DNA of 46,911 nucleotides from Candidatus Omnitrophota bacterium (GCA_002753745.1 PEAR01000003.1:1-46911), one strand, 5' to 3'; counted from the first letter of the stretch, positions 31,818 to 41,140 are shown. Numbers and translations are program-made. Notes: a model not told the origin generated them from the letters alone.

Positions 31818-33044
31818 TTATTCTAACATAGTATAGGCGCGCTCATGATGCTGGGTGAGATCAAGACCGACATCTTCTTCCTTAGAAGATACTCTCATCC
31901 CAAGAACCAGATCAACAACTTTATACAGGATCGCTGTTACAACGGCTGAGTAAACAACCGTCACAGCAACAGCTTTAACCTGGATCATAAATTGAGCAGG
32001 GTTACCGTAAAAAACGCCATCTGCGCCGGCAGAGTTGACGAGTTTGGTAGCAAACAAGCCTGTCGCCAAAGCGCCCCATATACCACCGATACAATGAACA
32101 CCAAAAGCATCCAGCGCATCATCGTAACCAAGAGCGGGCTTAATGATAACGGCAGCCAAATAGCAGAACACACTAACCAGCAACCCGATCGCCAAAGCAC
32201 CGCTAACATTGACAAAGCCGGCGGCAGGTGTGATCGCAACCAAACCTGCAACAGCACCAGAAGCAATACCAAAAAGGGTTGGCTTTCCATTACGTACCCA
32301 TTCGATCACAGCCCAGCTTAAACCGGCAGCAGCAGCAGCTGTATTTGTCACCACAAAGGCATTTGCCGCCAAACCATTTGCCGCCAAAGCAGAACCGGCG
32401 TTAAAACCAAACCATCCGAACCATAACAAAGCAGTTCCTAAAGCCACGAAAGGTAGATTGTGTGGTGAAGGAATATGCTTATCAGCATTCTTTCTAGGCC
32501 CGATCATTAAAGCAGTAACTAAAGCAGCAATACCTGCGTTAATATGGACGACCGTCCCTCCCGCGAAATCCAAGGTTCCAAGATTACGAAGGAATCCACC
32601 CATACCCCACACCCAGTGTGCAATCGGGCAATATACAAGTGTCAGCCAAAGAATCATGAAGACAACAAATGAAGAAAACTTCATTCTTTCCGCAAACGCG
32701 CCAATGATCAACGCAGGAGTGATTACCGCGAACATGGCCTGAAAGATCATGAAAACCTGATGCGGGATCGTCGCAGAATAATCGTTATACGGCTCCAAAC
32801 CGACACCATTTAACATCGACCAGTTAAACCCGCCCCAAAAACCAGTTCCCGGCGCAAAAGCCAAACTGTAACCATAAACAACCCAAAGAACGCTCACGAG
32901 ACATAAAACAAAAAAGCACTGCATCAAGACGCTTAAGACATTCTTTCTTCTAACCATCCCTCCATAAAAGAAGGCCAACCCAGGCGTCATTAGCATAACA
33001 AGCGCCGTTGATACCAAAACCCATGATGTATCTCCTGCATTCAT
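31818..33044 (-). CDS. amtB: Ammonium transporter
   Basis: LMTPGLAFFYGG, DFAGGTVVHINAG, WFGWFGFNAGS, DDALDAFGVH; both twin-His residues present; RBS AAAGGAG. Confidence 0.98.
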   Translation of the reverse strand: MNAGDTSWVLVSTALVMLMTPGLAFFYGGMVRRKNVLSVLMQCFFVLCLVSVLWVVYGYSLAFAPGTGFWGGFNWSMLNGVGLEPYNDYSATIPHQVFMIFQAMFAVITPALIIGAFAERMKFSSFVVFMILWLTLVYCPIAHWVWGMGGFLRNLGTLDFAGGTVVHINAGIAALVTALMIGPRKNADKHIPSPHNLPFVALGTALLWFGWFGFNAGSALAANGLAANAFVVTNTAAAAAGLSWAVIEWVRNGKPTLFGIASGAVAGLVAITPAAGFVNVSGALAIGLLVSVFCYLAAVIIKPALGYDDALDAFGVHCIGGIWGALATGLFATKLVNSAGADGVFYGNPAQFMIQVKAVAVTVVYSAVVTAILYKVVDLVLGMRVSSKEEDVGLDLTQHHERAYTMLE

Positions 33045-33112
33045 AATTTTCTCCTTTGTTTTTTAATCCTGCCCTGTTCTTAAACTTAATCGCTTTTACT
33101 GCCAACTGCCGG

Positions 33113-33164
33113 AAAAAAGAAAAAAGCGCCTTTAATTCATCAGCGATGATGATTTAAAGACGCC
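33113..33164 (-). terminator. Intrinsic terminator (attenuator) in the amtB leader
   Basis: Minus strand GGCGUCUUUAAAUCAUCA-UCGC-UGAUGAAUUAAAGGCGCU followed by UUUUUCUUUUUU. Confidence 0.88.
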
Positions 33165-33204
33165 TTTGTCTTTTACTCCAATTTGTCTCAGGCTTCGTTG
33201 CCTG
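33156..33204 (-). promoter_or_regulatory. ANTAR-type dual-hexaloop RNA antitermination element
   Basis: P1 CAGGC-AACGAA-GCCUG (33204-33189), 15-nt linker, P2 AAAGAC-AAAGGC-GUCUUU (33173-33156). Both loops have A1 and G4 and a C-G closing pair; P2 overlaps the 5' arm of the terminator. Confidence 0.88.
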
Positions 33205-33271
33205 TTATTTGCTTGGGCCTTTTCGGCCCAATTCGCACCAATAGCTCTCAATGGTACGTTAGACATTTGTA

Positions 33272-33299
33272 AGTATAAAACCTTTTGGTAAAATTTCAA
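33272..33299 (-). promoter_or_regulatory. sigma70-like promoter for the amtB-glnK leader
   Basis: Minus strand TTGAAA, 16 nt, TATACT, upstream of the ANTAR hairpins. Confidence 0.55.
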
Positions 33300-33319
33300 G
33301 GGGTAATTTTAATTATTTT

Positions 33320-33347
33320 TTGCCTCGACGACAATTTTATGTATAAT
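33320..33347 (+). promoter_or_regulatory. sigma70-like promoter for the NSS transporter
   Basis: TTGCCT, 16 nt, TATAAT; ends 9 nt before ATG 33357. Confidence 0.55.
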
Positions 33348-33356
33348 GTTTTCATC

Positions 33357-34919
33357 ATGGCTCAAAAACAACGAGATTCCTGGGGATCACGTCTTGGCGT
33401 GATCATGGCCGTCGCCGGATCGGCGATCGGACTGGGAAATTTTCTTCGCTTTCCCGCCAAAGCCGCCGCAAATGGCGGCGGAGCGTTCATGATCCCCTAT
33501 CTAGTAGCCCTTATTCTTCTTGGTATTCCTTTAATGTGGATCGAATGGACCCTGGGGCGCTTTGGCGGTGGTTTCGGCCACGGCACAGCACCCGGTATTT
33601 TTCACTCAATCTGGAAAAAGAACCGTTTTATCCGCTACTTCGGTGTTATCGGCATTTTTGGTCCCATTGTCATCTTTTCTTATTACACTTTCATTGAATC
33701 GTGGACCCTGGGCTATAGCTTCTTTTCCATATCGGGAAAACTTCATACACTTTCGGACCAAAACGCCATGCAAAACTTTCTCCGTGGATACCAAGGCGTT
33801 GAACATAATATATTCTTCAATGACATTAAATGGGCATATGCTTTCTTCACTGTTACGTTCCTAGTAAATATTGCGGTCATCTATCACGGTATTAAAGGAG
33901 GGATTGAAAAACTCTGTAACATCGCCATGCCTCTGCTGTTTGTTTGCGGTGTCATTCTCATGCTACGCGTCATTACTCTCGGAACACCTGACCCGTCAAA
34001 ACCAGACTGGAATATCGCCAACGGGTTTGGGTACATGTGGAACGCTGATTTCTCAAAACTTTTATCCGCCAAAGTCTGGCTGGAAGCTGCCGGTCAAATA
34101 TTCTTTACCCTCAGCGTCGGAATTGGTGTAATTCTGACATATGCGAGTTATCTCAAAAAAGGCGATGATGTTGCCCTGTCCGGGTTGACAGCTGCCAGTA
34201 CCAATGAGTTAGCTGAAGTTATTCTCGGGGGCAGTATCATTATCCCGGCCGCTTTTATATTTTTTGGGCCAGCCCAGATCGAAACTATTGCCAAGTCCGG
34301 CACTTTTAATCTGGGTTTCATCACCATGCCTCTTATCCTTAACAAACTTCCCTGGGCTGAATTATTCGCTTTTGCCTGGTTTCTTTTACTTTTTCTGGCC
34401 GGGATCACTTCGTCTGTATCGCTGGCGCAGCCGGCGATCGCGTTCCTGGAAGATGAATTCGATATCAGCCGACGACGCGCCGTGGTCATTTTTGCGATCG
34501 TTACCTTTATTCTCTGCCAGCCGGCAATATTTTTTCTCAAGAATGGCGTTGTCGACGAGCTTGACTTTTGGGGTGGGACATTTTTCCTGGTACTCTTTGG
34601 TCTTATCGAAACCATTCTTTTCGGTTGGGTGCTGGGCATGAACAGCGCCTGGGAAGAAATCCACCACGGAGCGGACATGAACATCCCCAAAATATATAAG
34701 TTTATTATTAAATACGTAACCCCTACTTTTCTTATCTTTATTCTTGGAATGTGGCTTTTTCAGGAATGGCTGCCGGTTATTCTAATGTCCAGCGTCCCGT
34801 CTTCTGATAAACCCTATGTCCTGGCTACCCGTCTGGGGTTGATAGGATTTTTCATTATACTGGCCTTTTTGGTAAAGGTCGCCTGGCGGCGTAAAGAAGG
34901 AAAGAATTGGTTCTTATGA
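33357..34919 (+). CDS. Sodium-dependent transporter, NSS/SLC6 (LeuT-like) family
   Basis: RDSWGSRLG, AGSAIGLGNFLRFP, NGGGAFMIPY, QIFFTLSVG, AGITSSVS. Start placed at ATG 33357. Confidence 0.95.
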   Translation: MAQKQRDSWGSRLGVIMAVAGSAIGLGNFLRFPAKAAANGGGAFMIPYLVALILLGIPLMWIEWTLGRFGGGFGHGTAPGIFHSIWKKNRFIRYFGVIGIFGPIVIFSYYTFIESWTLGYSFFSISGKLHTLSDQNAMQNFLRGYQGVEHNIFFNDIKWAYAFFTVTFLVNIAVIYHGIKGGIEKLCNIAMPLLFVCGVILMLRVITLGTPDPSKPDWNIANGFGYMWNADFSKLLSAKVWLEAAGQIFFTLSVGIGVILTYASYLKKGDDVALSGLTAASTNELAEVILGGSIIIPAAFIFFGPAQIETIAKSGTFNLGFITMPLILNKLPWAELFAFAWFLLLFLAGITSSVSLAQPAIAFLEDEFDISRRRAVVIFAIVTFILCQPAIFFLKNGVVDELDFWGGTFFLVLFGLIETILFGWVLGMNSAWEEIHHGADMNIPKIYKFIIKYVTPTFLIFILGMWLFQEWLPVILMSSVPSSDKPYVLATRLGLIGFFIILAFLVKVAWRRKEGKNWFL

Positions 34920-35017
34920 ACATTAGCGGCTGGATAATGATATCTTTCACCTGGGGAGCGATCCTGCTTCTGACTGCTTTCTGCTTTTACAAAGTCCTGT
35001 CAAAAAAAGATCTATAG
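34916..35017 (+). CDS. 33-aa single-TM protein, probable MetS-like small subunit of the NSS transporter
   Basis: Below the ORF-track cutoff. MNISGWIMISFTWGAILLLTAFCFYKVLSKKDL*; its ATG overlaps the transporter stop (ATGA); one hydrophobic helix and a basic tail. Confidence 0.75.
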   Translation: MNISGWIMISFTWGAILLLTAFCFYKVLSKKDL

Positions 35018-36430
35018 TTCCGACGGCTCATGAAAACCATCAGCGACAGTCACGACAGGAAGAGGCTCCACCACCTTGATCTTTCTCCAGTTCCCGGTTT
35101 GATAACGGAAAAAAACGATAAACGAAAACACAAAAAAGAGACCCACCAACGCTGCCCATCCAGCGAGTGGAGACATATTTAACATTCGCAACATCACATA
35201 AAGAGCTCCAACAACGATCCAGTGCAGAGATACCGAGATCGCCATCGCCCAAAAAGTATCGCCCGCGCCCCTTAAAGCGCCAATAAAAACAACAAACAAT
35301 GCTTCAACCAAAACATAGATCGACGCCAAGCGAACCATCATGACGGCCAAAGGTGCGGCAGTGTCAAAAATCGCACCAGTTCCAGAGGGTTGAAAAATAC
35401 GCACCAGCATCTCGGGAAAGCATAAGAACAAAAATAATATAACTGAAGAATAAGCCAGTCCCAGTTTAAACCCGGACATGGTCGCCCGATGCGCCGTATC
35501 AGGATCCCCTGCCCCCATGTAGCGTCCCACCAGGCTGGTAACACCGATCTCAACCCCGATCAAAGGTACAAACGAGACCAGGTCCCAGTTTAACACGATT
35601 GTGGCCGCCGTTGCCGTTACCAGTCCATGAGCGTGAAAAATAAGAACTGTTGCATTAAAAGCCAGAATATTCAGAAATAATTCTACGCCTGATGGGGTGC
35701 CAAACCGCAATAGTTTGAACATTGCTTCACGATCGAATCGAAAAGACTTGGCTAAACCGAAATCAAGTGCATTTCTTCGATTCAGATAAGCCGCTATCAG
35801 GACCAGAAAACCACTAAAACCGCCGATCAGCGTTCCATAAGCTGCCCCCCGAATTCCCATCGGCGAGAGCCCTAACTTGCCGAAAATAAAAATATAGTTT
35901 AAAACCATATTGACCAGCATCGCCGTAAACGAAGCGATCATCACAATCCGGGTCCTTCCAATACCGGAAAAGAATGACCCCAGGCTGATGCGGAACAAAC
36001 TGATTACAGCTCCATATAATAAAATATCAAAATACAAATTCTGCGGCGCCATTTGCTCAGGAGCGACACCCATCAGCTGAAAAAGTCCATGGGCCAACGG
36101 ACGACATAATAAAATAGGGATATACGCAACGATCGAGATTATAAGAGCCTGGGTCAAAACCAAAGCGCATTTGTCTTTACGCCCGGCGCCCAAATATTGT
36201 GCAACGAGCGCCGAGGCATACCCGACGATCCCGACAAAAAGAGAAAACATCATAAAAGAAGTCAACCCTCCACCGAAAGCCGCATTCATTTGTTCGGGAC
36301 CTAATTTAGATAGAAATAACCGATCCGTAAAGATCATCACCGTATCACACGACTGGGAAATAACCATCGGGAGCGCGATAGCGATCATTTCACCAATACT
36401 GCCTTGTTGATGACGAAAAGGACTGCTCAT
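35012..36430 (-). CDS. MATE family efflux transporter
   Basis: About 12 TM helices; TDRLFLSKLG, AQYLGAG, GIRGAAYGT, GALRGAGDT. Confidence 0.93.
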   Translation of the reverse strand: MSSPFRHQQGSIGEMIAIALPMVISQSCDTVMIFTDRLFLSKLGPEQMNAAFGGGLTSFMMFSLFVGIVGYASALVAQYLGAGRKDKCALVLTQALIISIVAYIPILLCRPLAHGLFQLMGVAPEQMAPQNLYFDILLYGAVISLFRISLGSFFSGIGRTRIVMIASFTAMLVNMVLNYIFIFGKLGLSPMGIRGAAYGTLIGGFSGFLVLIAAYLNRRNALDFGLAKSFRFDREAMFKLLRFGTPSGVELFLNILAFNATVLIFHAHGLVTATAATIVLNWDLVSFVPLIGVEIGVTSLVGRYMGAGDPDTAHRATMSGFKLGLAYSSVILFLFLCFPEMLVRIFQPSGTGAIFDTAAPLAVMMVRLASIYVLVEALFVVFIGALRGAGDTFWAMAISVSLHWIVVGALYVMLRMLNMSPLAGWAALVGLFFVFSFIVFFRYQTGNWRKIKVVEPLPVVTVADGFHEPSEL

Positions 36431-37524
36431 TTGATCAGTGAGTCTTTCAATGCGGACGATTCAAGCAGGCTACCATAATGAAAAATAACACACGAACCCG
36501 AAGATACTTTCCGGCAAAGGTCAAGTTGTGCCATAAACCTCTCCGGTGATTTAATCTGCTGATACGCACCAACAGCGATGTTCAATCGCTTCGGGTCTGT
36601 CACCCGGACAAGAGCGTCAGCCATGAATTTGTCAAAATCAGTCGTATCGGCGGCATATGTCATTACAGTAACAAAATCAACCAGCCCGGTATTGACCCAT
36701 GAAGGCCAGTCCTGAAAAGCCTCATCAAACGCACGCGTATAGGGTGAACAGCCGGTGGTAGATACTTTAATATCAGGACGAAGGAATCTAACTTTCTTGA
36801 TCAATCGCTGCAGCAATGCGGTTACCTGGGCGCGTTTCCAGTCTTTCCAGATCTTGCTATCATCATCAATGCTATCCTGTCCCGAAGCTTTCTTGAAGCG
36901 GTCAATATTGATAGGCGTATAGCCGTAATGCGGATCCTGATCAGGATAACGGATATAATCAAACTGCACGCCATCCAGGGATGGATACGTACGAACAAGC
37001 TCCCCAACCATACTTAATAACGCCGTGCGAACCCGAGGGTCACCTGGTTCAAGAAAGAACTGCTGATCGATCTGATAATCATCAAGATTCTTCTTCTTCT
37101 GTTTACTACGCGTCAGAATGCTTGCCCCGTATTGCTTTAATAAAGGAGATTTCCTGTTTTTGCTTAAACTCAACAGATTGATCCACGCATGAACCTGAAT
37201 ACCTTCGTTGTGAGCCTGCTTAATCAGCAAAGCAAAAGGGTCTTCCCCAACATTTTTAAGACAGATCTCATACGGAGACTGATCTGCCACCTTCGACGGA
37301 AACCAGGACTGGTTAGCCCGGTACACTTGAACAAAAAGAGTGCCGATCCCGGCTTGTTTTGCATAAGCCACCAAATCTGCGATCGCCTGGCGGCTGGCAA
37401 GAATTTGAGGTTCTTGAATAACTGTAACAAAAAGATCACGCCGAGGTAAGGCATCAGCCCGGACCGGGGATAAAAACAGTAAAGAAGCGGCTACTGATAA
37501 AAGAAATCCAAAAAAATATTTCAA
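36427..37524 (-). CDS. Secreted glycoside hydrolase-like 10 protein (GHL10/DUF187, YddW/DigH-like)
   Basis: Sec-type signal peptide; LFVQVY, IQVHAWIN, FLEPGDPRVR, DGVQFDYIRYP, QDWPSW. TTG start overlaps the upstream stop. Confidence 0.82.
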   Translation of the reverse strand: MKYFFGFLLSVAASLLFLSPVRADALPRRDLFVTVIQEPQILASRQAIADLVAYAKQAGIGTLFVQVYRANQSWFPSKVADQSPYEICLKNVGEDPFALLIKQAHNEGIQVHAWINLLSLSKNRKSPLLKQYGASILTRSKQKKKNLDDYQIDQQFFLEPGDPRVRTALLSMVGELVRTYPSLDGVQFDYIRYPDQDPHYGYTPINIDRFKKASGQDSIDDDSKIWKDWKRAQVTALLQRLIKKVRFLRPDIKVSTTGCSPYTRAFDEAFQDWPSWVNTGLVDFVTVMTYAADTTDFDKFMADALVRVTDPKRLNIAVGAYQQIKSPERFMAQLDLCRKVSSGSCVIFHYGSLLESSALKDSLIK

Positions 37525-38207
37525 ACTGAGCCTTTCTGCGCTTTAATGCGCCCGAGCAATCGCAATAACCCATCCAGGATCGTCAACGGATGCGGCGGGC
37601 ATCCAGGGACATAAAGATCTACCGGGATGATCGTATCCAAACCTGCGGACACCTGCGGACTATCTGCAAAAACACCTCCCGATATTGCACAAGCACCGAC
37701 AGCGATCACTATCTTCGGATCAGGGACTGCTTCATATGTTTTCATTAAAGCCTCCCGCATATTGCGGGTTACGGGACCAGTAACAACAATACCATCTGCG
37801 TGGCGAGGTGAGGCGACAAACTGGATGCCAAATCGGCTCAGATCAAAAACAGGAGTATTTAAAACATTAATATCGGCTTCGCAGGCGTTACACCCGCCGG
37901 CGGAAACCTGTCGCAGCTTAAGAGAACGGCCGAAAATAGCCAGCATTTCACGTTGCAAAGCACGGGCCAATACTATTTCGCCGTTATTGAGCAACAGACC
38001 TGCTCTCGTCGATACAGCCATGCGAAAATCACGGCTATACTGAATGCCCGTTTCAGGAACAAACGTCATCTTTCCCAGATCGACAGAGGTTCCTTGAGCA
38101 ATAATCGGACGACCACGATAACGCTCCGGTAAGTTTGGAGGCTGTCCCTTAGGAAACGGTAATGTCCGGCAACCCTGTTTGAACCTCGTGATCAAAACTT
38201 TCAGCAT
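37521..38207 (-). CDS. Ehr / hydrogenase-4-like small subunit (NuoB/HyfI-like)
   Basis: GGCNACE, SPRHADG, GACA and PGCPPHP supply the four Cys for one [4Fe-4S] cluster. Start placed at ATG 38207, after AGGAAG. Confidence 0.9.
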   Translation of the reverse strand: MLKVLITRFKQGCRTLPFPKGQPPNLPERYRGRPIIAQGTSVDLGKMTFVPETGIQYSRDFRMAVSTRAGLLLNNGEIVLARALQREMLAIFGRSLKLRQVSAGGCNACEADINVLNTPVFDLSRFGIQFVASPRHADGIVVTGPVTRNMREALMKTYEAVPDPKIVIAVGACAISGGVFADSPQVSAGLDTIIPVDLYVPGCPPHPLTILDGLLRLLGRIKAQKGSV

Positions 38208-38216
38208 AAACACTTC

Positions 38217-39728
38217 CTATAAGTCGTGTCCGCAATACGATAAATTAAAACTTTTATTACACAATGGAAAATCTGAAATCTGCTGGCCGCGCATAGCAAC
38301 AGAAAGGCCAAACCAGTTATGGAAAGATGGATCTTTGACCTTATACCTGGAAAATCCCCCCTGATCATTGGAAATGCCGACATGCATGATCTCGCCGCGC
38401 CAACCCTCGACAAGTGAAACAGCAAAAGCGTTGGGTTTGATTGTGCCAACAGGTGAAGAAATACTGCTTTTGGGCAGAGTTGGCAAAATTTTTAATAAAA
38501 AGTCCAAAGACCGCAGTACTTCCTGCCGCCGAACCAGCGCACGAGCATACACATCACCAGTCGCTGATAAGGAGATGGGCACATGATTAAACTGCCATAT
38601 ACCGGAAGAATACTCAATACGCACATCACGTTCCTGCTGACTGGCGCGGGCAACAGGGCCCACCAGACCAAGCTGTTTGGCGATCATCGGTGATATAACA
38701 CCAATATTCTCAAAACGGGCAAGAACCGATGGTCGGGAGAACAGCAACTCACTGACATCTTCAAATTCCTTTTTATAAATAACGAGCTTGTTGCAGAAAT
38801 CATCACTCATCGTCTGGTCCAGATCAAAAAGAACGCCGCCCGGTCGGCACAATCCCTTGCCAAAACGATTGCCGGTCAATGCCAACAGTAAATTCAGATA
38901 ATCACCTCTCATGCGTCCAAAATAAGAACTTGAAGGCAAAAACCCCGCGTCCATGCCCATAGCGCCAAGATCGCCCACATGATTCGCCAAACGTTCAAGC
39001 TCAAGCGCCACCGCCCTTATTACCTGAGCTCTGGGGGGAACGACACAACCGGTCAACGATTCAACAACCTCACAAAATGCGGTCGAATGCCCGATCGACG
39101 TATCACCTGCAATAGACTCGCTTAAAAGCACACTGCGTTTGAGGTCATTACCCGTTAACATCGGCTCTATCCCCCGATGCTGATACCCAAGCTGTATCTC
39201 AAGATGTAAAATTTCTTCCCCGTGACATTGAAAACGAAAATGTCCAGGTTCAATGATCCCGGCATGAACCGGCCCGACAGCGACTTGATGAACTTCATCA
39301 CTGTCAACACCATAAAACGGATACGCACCGGGAATAGGCCGAGTCATTATATCGGCCCACAAATCTTCAACCCCGCGGTAATTGGAATGGTACCTCAACG
39401 GTTTTAGCCAGGGATGTCCCAAGGGGACTACCGCCCATTGTTCGGCAATCTCGCGTTCGAAATTTTGGGCAGCCAACAGAACCGGCGTTAACGATTGATA
39501 TTGAAGATTATCCGATGATACGAGCGTCGATTGTACCCTGATCTGAGCTTCTTCATCGAAACCAAGAATTGCGTATAAACGCACCTTCCCTGAGTTTTCC
39601 GGGCTAGCAAACAAATTTTGAAGTCTGGCACCGCTATGGCAATAATACAACACCTCCTGACGAAACTCTTCCATTGTCAGTACAGGGATATCAGCTAAAA
39701 GAATATTTCCACCGTTAAATAAATTCAT
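38217..39728 (-). CDS. Ehr / hydrogenase-4-like large subunit (NuoC-D / HyfG-like) lacking NiFe ligands
   Basis: FEREIAE, GPVHAGIIEPGHFRF, LGYQHRGIE, ELERLANH, VEGWRGE, KDPSFHNW. The L1 site reads ESIAGDT and the L2 site reads SFNLSYCG, so neither has CxxC. Confidence 0.9.
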   Translation of the reverse strand: MNLFNGGNILLADIPVLTMEEFRQEVLYYCHSGARLQNLFASPENSGKVRLYAILGFDEEAQIRVQSTLVSSDNLQYQSLTPVLLAAQNFEREIAEQWAVVPLGHPWLKPLRYHSNYRGVEDLWADIMTRPIPGAYPFYGVDSDEVHQVAVGPVHAGIIEPGHFRFQCHGEEILHLEIQLGYQHRGIEPMLTGNDLKRSVLLSESIAGDTSIGHSTAFCEVVESLTGCVVPPRAQVIRAVALELERLANHVGDLGAMGMDAGFLPSSSYFGRMRGDYLNLLLALTGNRFGKGLCRPGGVLFDLDQTMSDDFCNKLVIYKKEFEDVSELLFSRPSVLARFENIGVISPMIAKQLGLVGPVARASQQERDVRIEYSSGIWQFNHVPISLSATGDVYARALVRRQEVLRSLDFLLKILPTLPKSSISSPVGTIKPNAFAVSLVEGWRGEIMHVGISNDQGGFSRYKVKDPSFHNWFGLSVAMRGQQISDFPLCNKSFNLSYCGHDL

Positions 39729-41140
39729 GGTGTCGATCCTATTAATGCTGCCGCATCAGAAATAACCCTGGTTAACGGGGCCGGCATCCAAATCCCGAGG
39801 ACAACCAGTAAAGCCGCAGCCAAAGCAATGACGGCATTCATGATGGCATTCTCTCTTTTAGGTAAAACTGGTTCCGTCGATCGACCATAAACAAACCCTA
39901 AAACAATCTTTGCCAGACCGATAAAAATAATACCAAGAGAAAGAACGATCGTGCCCGCCAATAAATAACGTTTGGACATCACGGCGGCGTTAATGATCAT
40001 TAATTCACTATGAAAAGTCGCAAACGGAAACATGCCAGTCCCGCCAAATAAAGCTATAATTAATAAAATCCCGGTAACAGGATACAAATGAATGACGCCA
40101 CGGACGTCGCTTGAATTAGCCGAACCATACTTCTGGGCCACTGATCCCGCCGTCAGAAACATTACCACTTTAGCCAATGCATTATTGATGACATGGAATA
40201 ATGCGCCAAAGATCCCGACTCCGCCAAGGCCGAGGCCCAACACCAAGATGCCCATATGTTCAATCGATGAGTAGGCAAATGACCGCTTAAGATTCTTCTC
40301 GCCCAGAACAAACACTGCAGCTACGATCAATGAAAGTATCCCTGTAAGGATAAGGATCGATCCATAAAACTGACCCAGACCTGTTTTGAAACAGATTTGA
40401 CTAACTCGGACCAGGGCCAGAAAAGCGCATTGGGTCAAGCCGCCAGCCATCAGCACGGACGTCATCCCGGTTGAACGGCCATACGCTTCTGGTTTCCAGC
40501 TATGCATTGGCGCCAAGCCTAATTTGCACCCGTAACCGACCAACAAAAAAATGACACTTATCTTAAGCCAATTAACAGAAAGTGCTGATGCCCCACTGAG
40601 AACCGCTGGCAGCATAAGTGAATCAACCTGGTGAGCTGCAATCGCCAGAAAAAATGTCCCCATTAAAGCTAAGGCGATCCCCACCGAACAAATTAACAAA
40701 TATTTCCACGTCGCTTCCAGGCTTTCACGGGTGCGATGAAAACTGATCAGCGGAGCGCTGAATAATGTTGTGGCTTCAACCGCAACCCACAAAAGGCCCA
40801 TATGATTACTAAGCGTAACGACCGTCATCGTACATAACAAAAACATCAAACAGGCCGTAAACGTGCGGCTGTTTCTTTTTTCATGCTTAAAATAACCTAA
40901 CATGAAAACAGAAACAGAAAGAAAAAGAAAACTTATTACCGATAAGAACAGCAACCCCAAAGCATCAAGGACCAAGTACCCCTGAAACTCAGGAGTGGGT
41001 CGGGAACACCAAAATGATGCGACAGAGATCGAATGAACGAATGAAACGATGACAAATAAACGGATGCGAAACATCCTTGTTACCGGCAACAAAACTGATA
41101 AACCGCATAAAAACGGGATCAATGTAATAAGAATCAGCAT
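39725..41140 (-). CDS. Antiporter-like membrane subunit (HyfF-like)
   Basis: WVAVEATT, SLEATWKY, GYGCKLGLAPMHSWKPEAY, AYSSIEHMG. Confidence 0.9.
   Translation of the reverse strand: MLILITLIPFLCGLSVLLPVTRMFRIRLFVIVSFVHSISVASFWCSRPTPEFQGYLVLDALGLLFLSVISFLFLSVSVFMLGYFKHEKRNSRTFTACLMFLLCTMTVVTLSNHMGLLWVAVEATTLFSAPLISFHRTRESLEATWKYLLICSVGIALALMGTFFLAIAAHQVDSLMLPAVLSGASALSVNWLKISVIFLLVGYGCKLGLAPMHSWKPEAYGRSTGMTSVLMAGGLTQCAFLALVRVSQICFKTGLGQFYGSILILTGILSLIVAAVFVLGEKNLKRSFAYSSIEHMGILVLGLGLGGVGIFGALFHVINNALAKVVMFLTAGSVAQKYGSANSSDVRGVIHLYPVTGILLIIALFGGTGMFPFATFHSELMIINAAVMSKRYLLAGTIVLSLGIIFIGLAKIVLGFVYGRSTEPVLPKRENAIMNAVIALAAALLVVLGIWMPAPLTRVISDAAALIGSTP

Noticed and set aside
38217-39728. Calling the cluster a true [NiFe] hydrogenase-4 or formate hydrogenlyase
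   Set aside because: Both Ni-binding CxxC motifs are missing, and no fdh or hyp genes are in the window.
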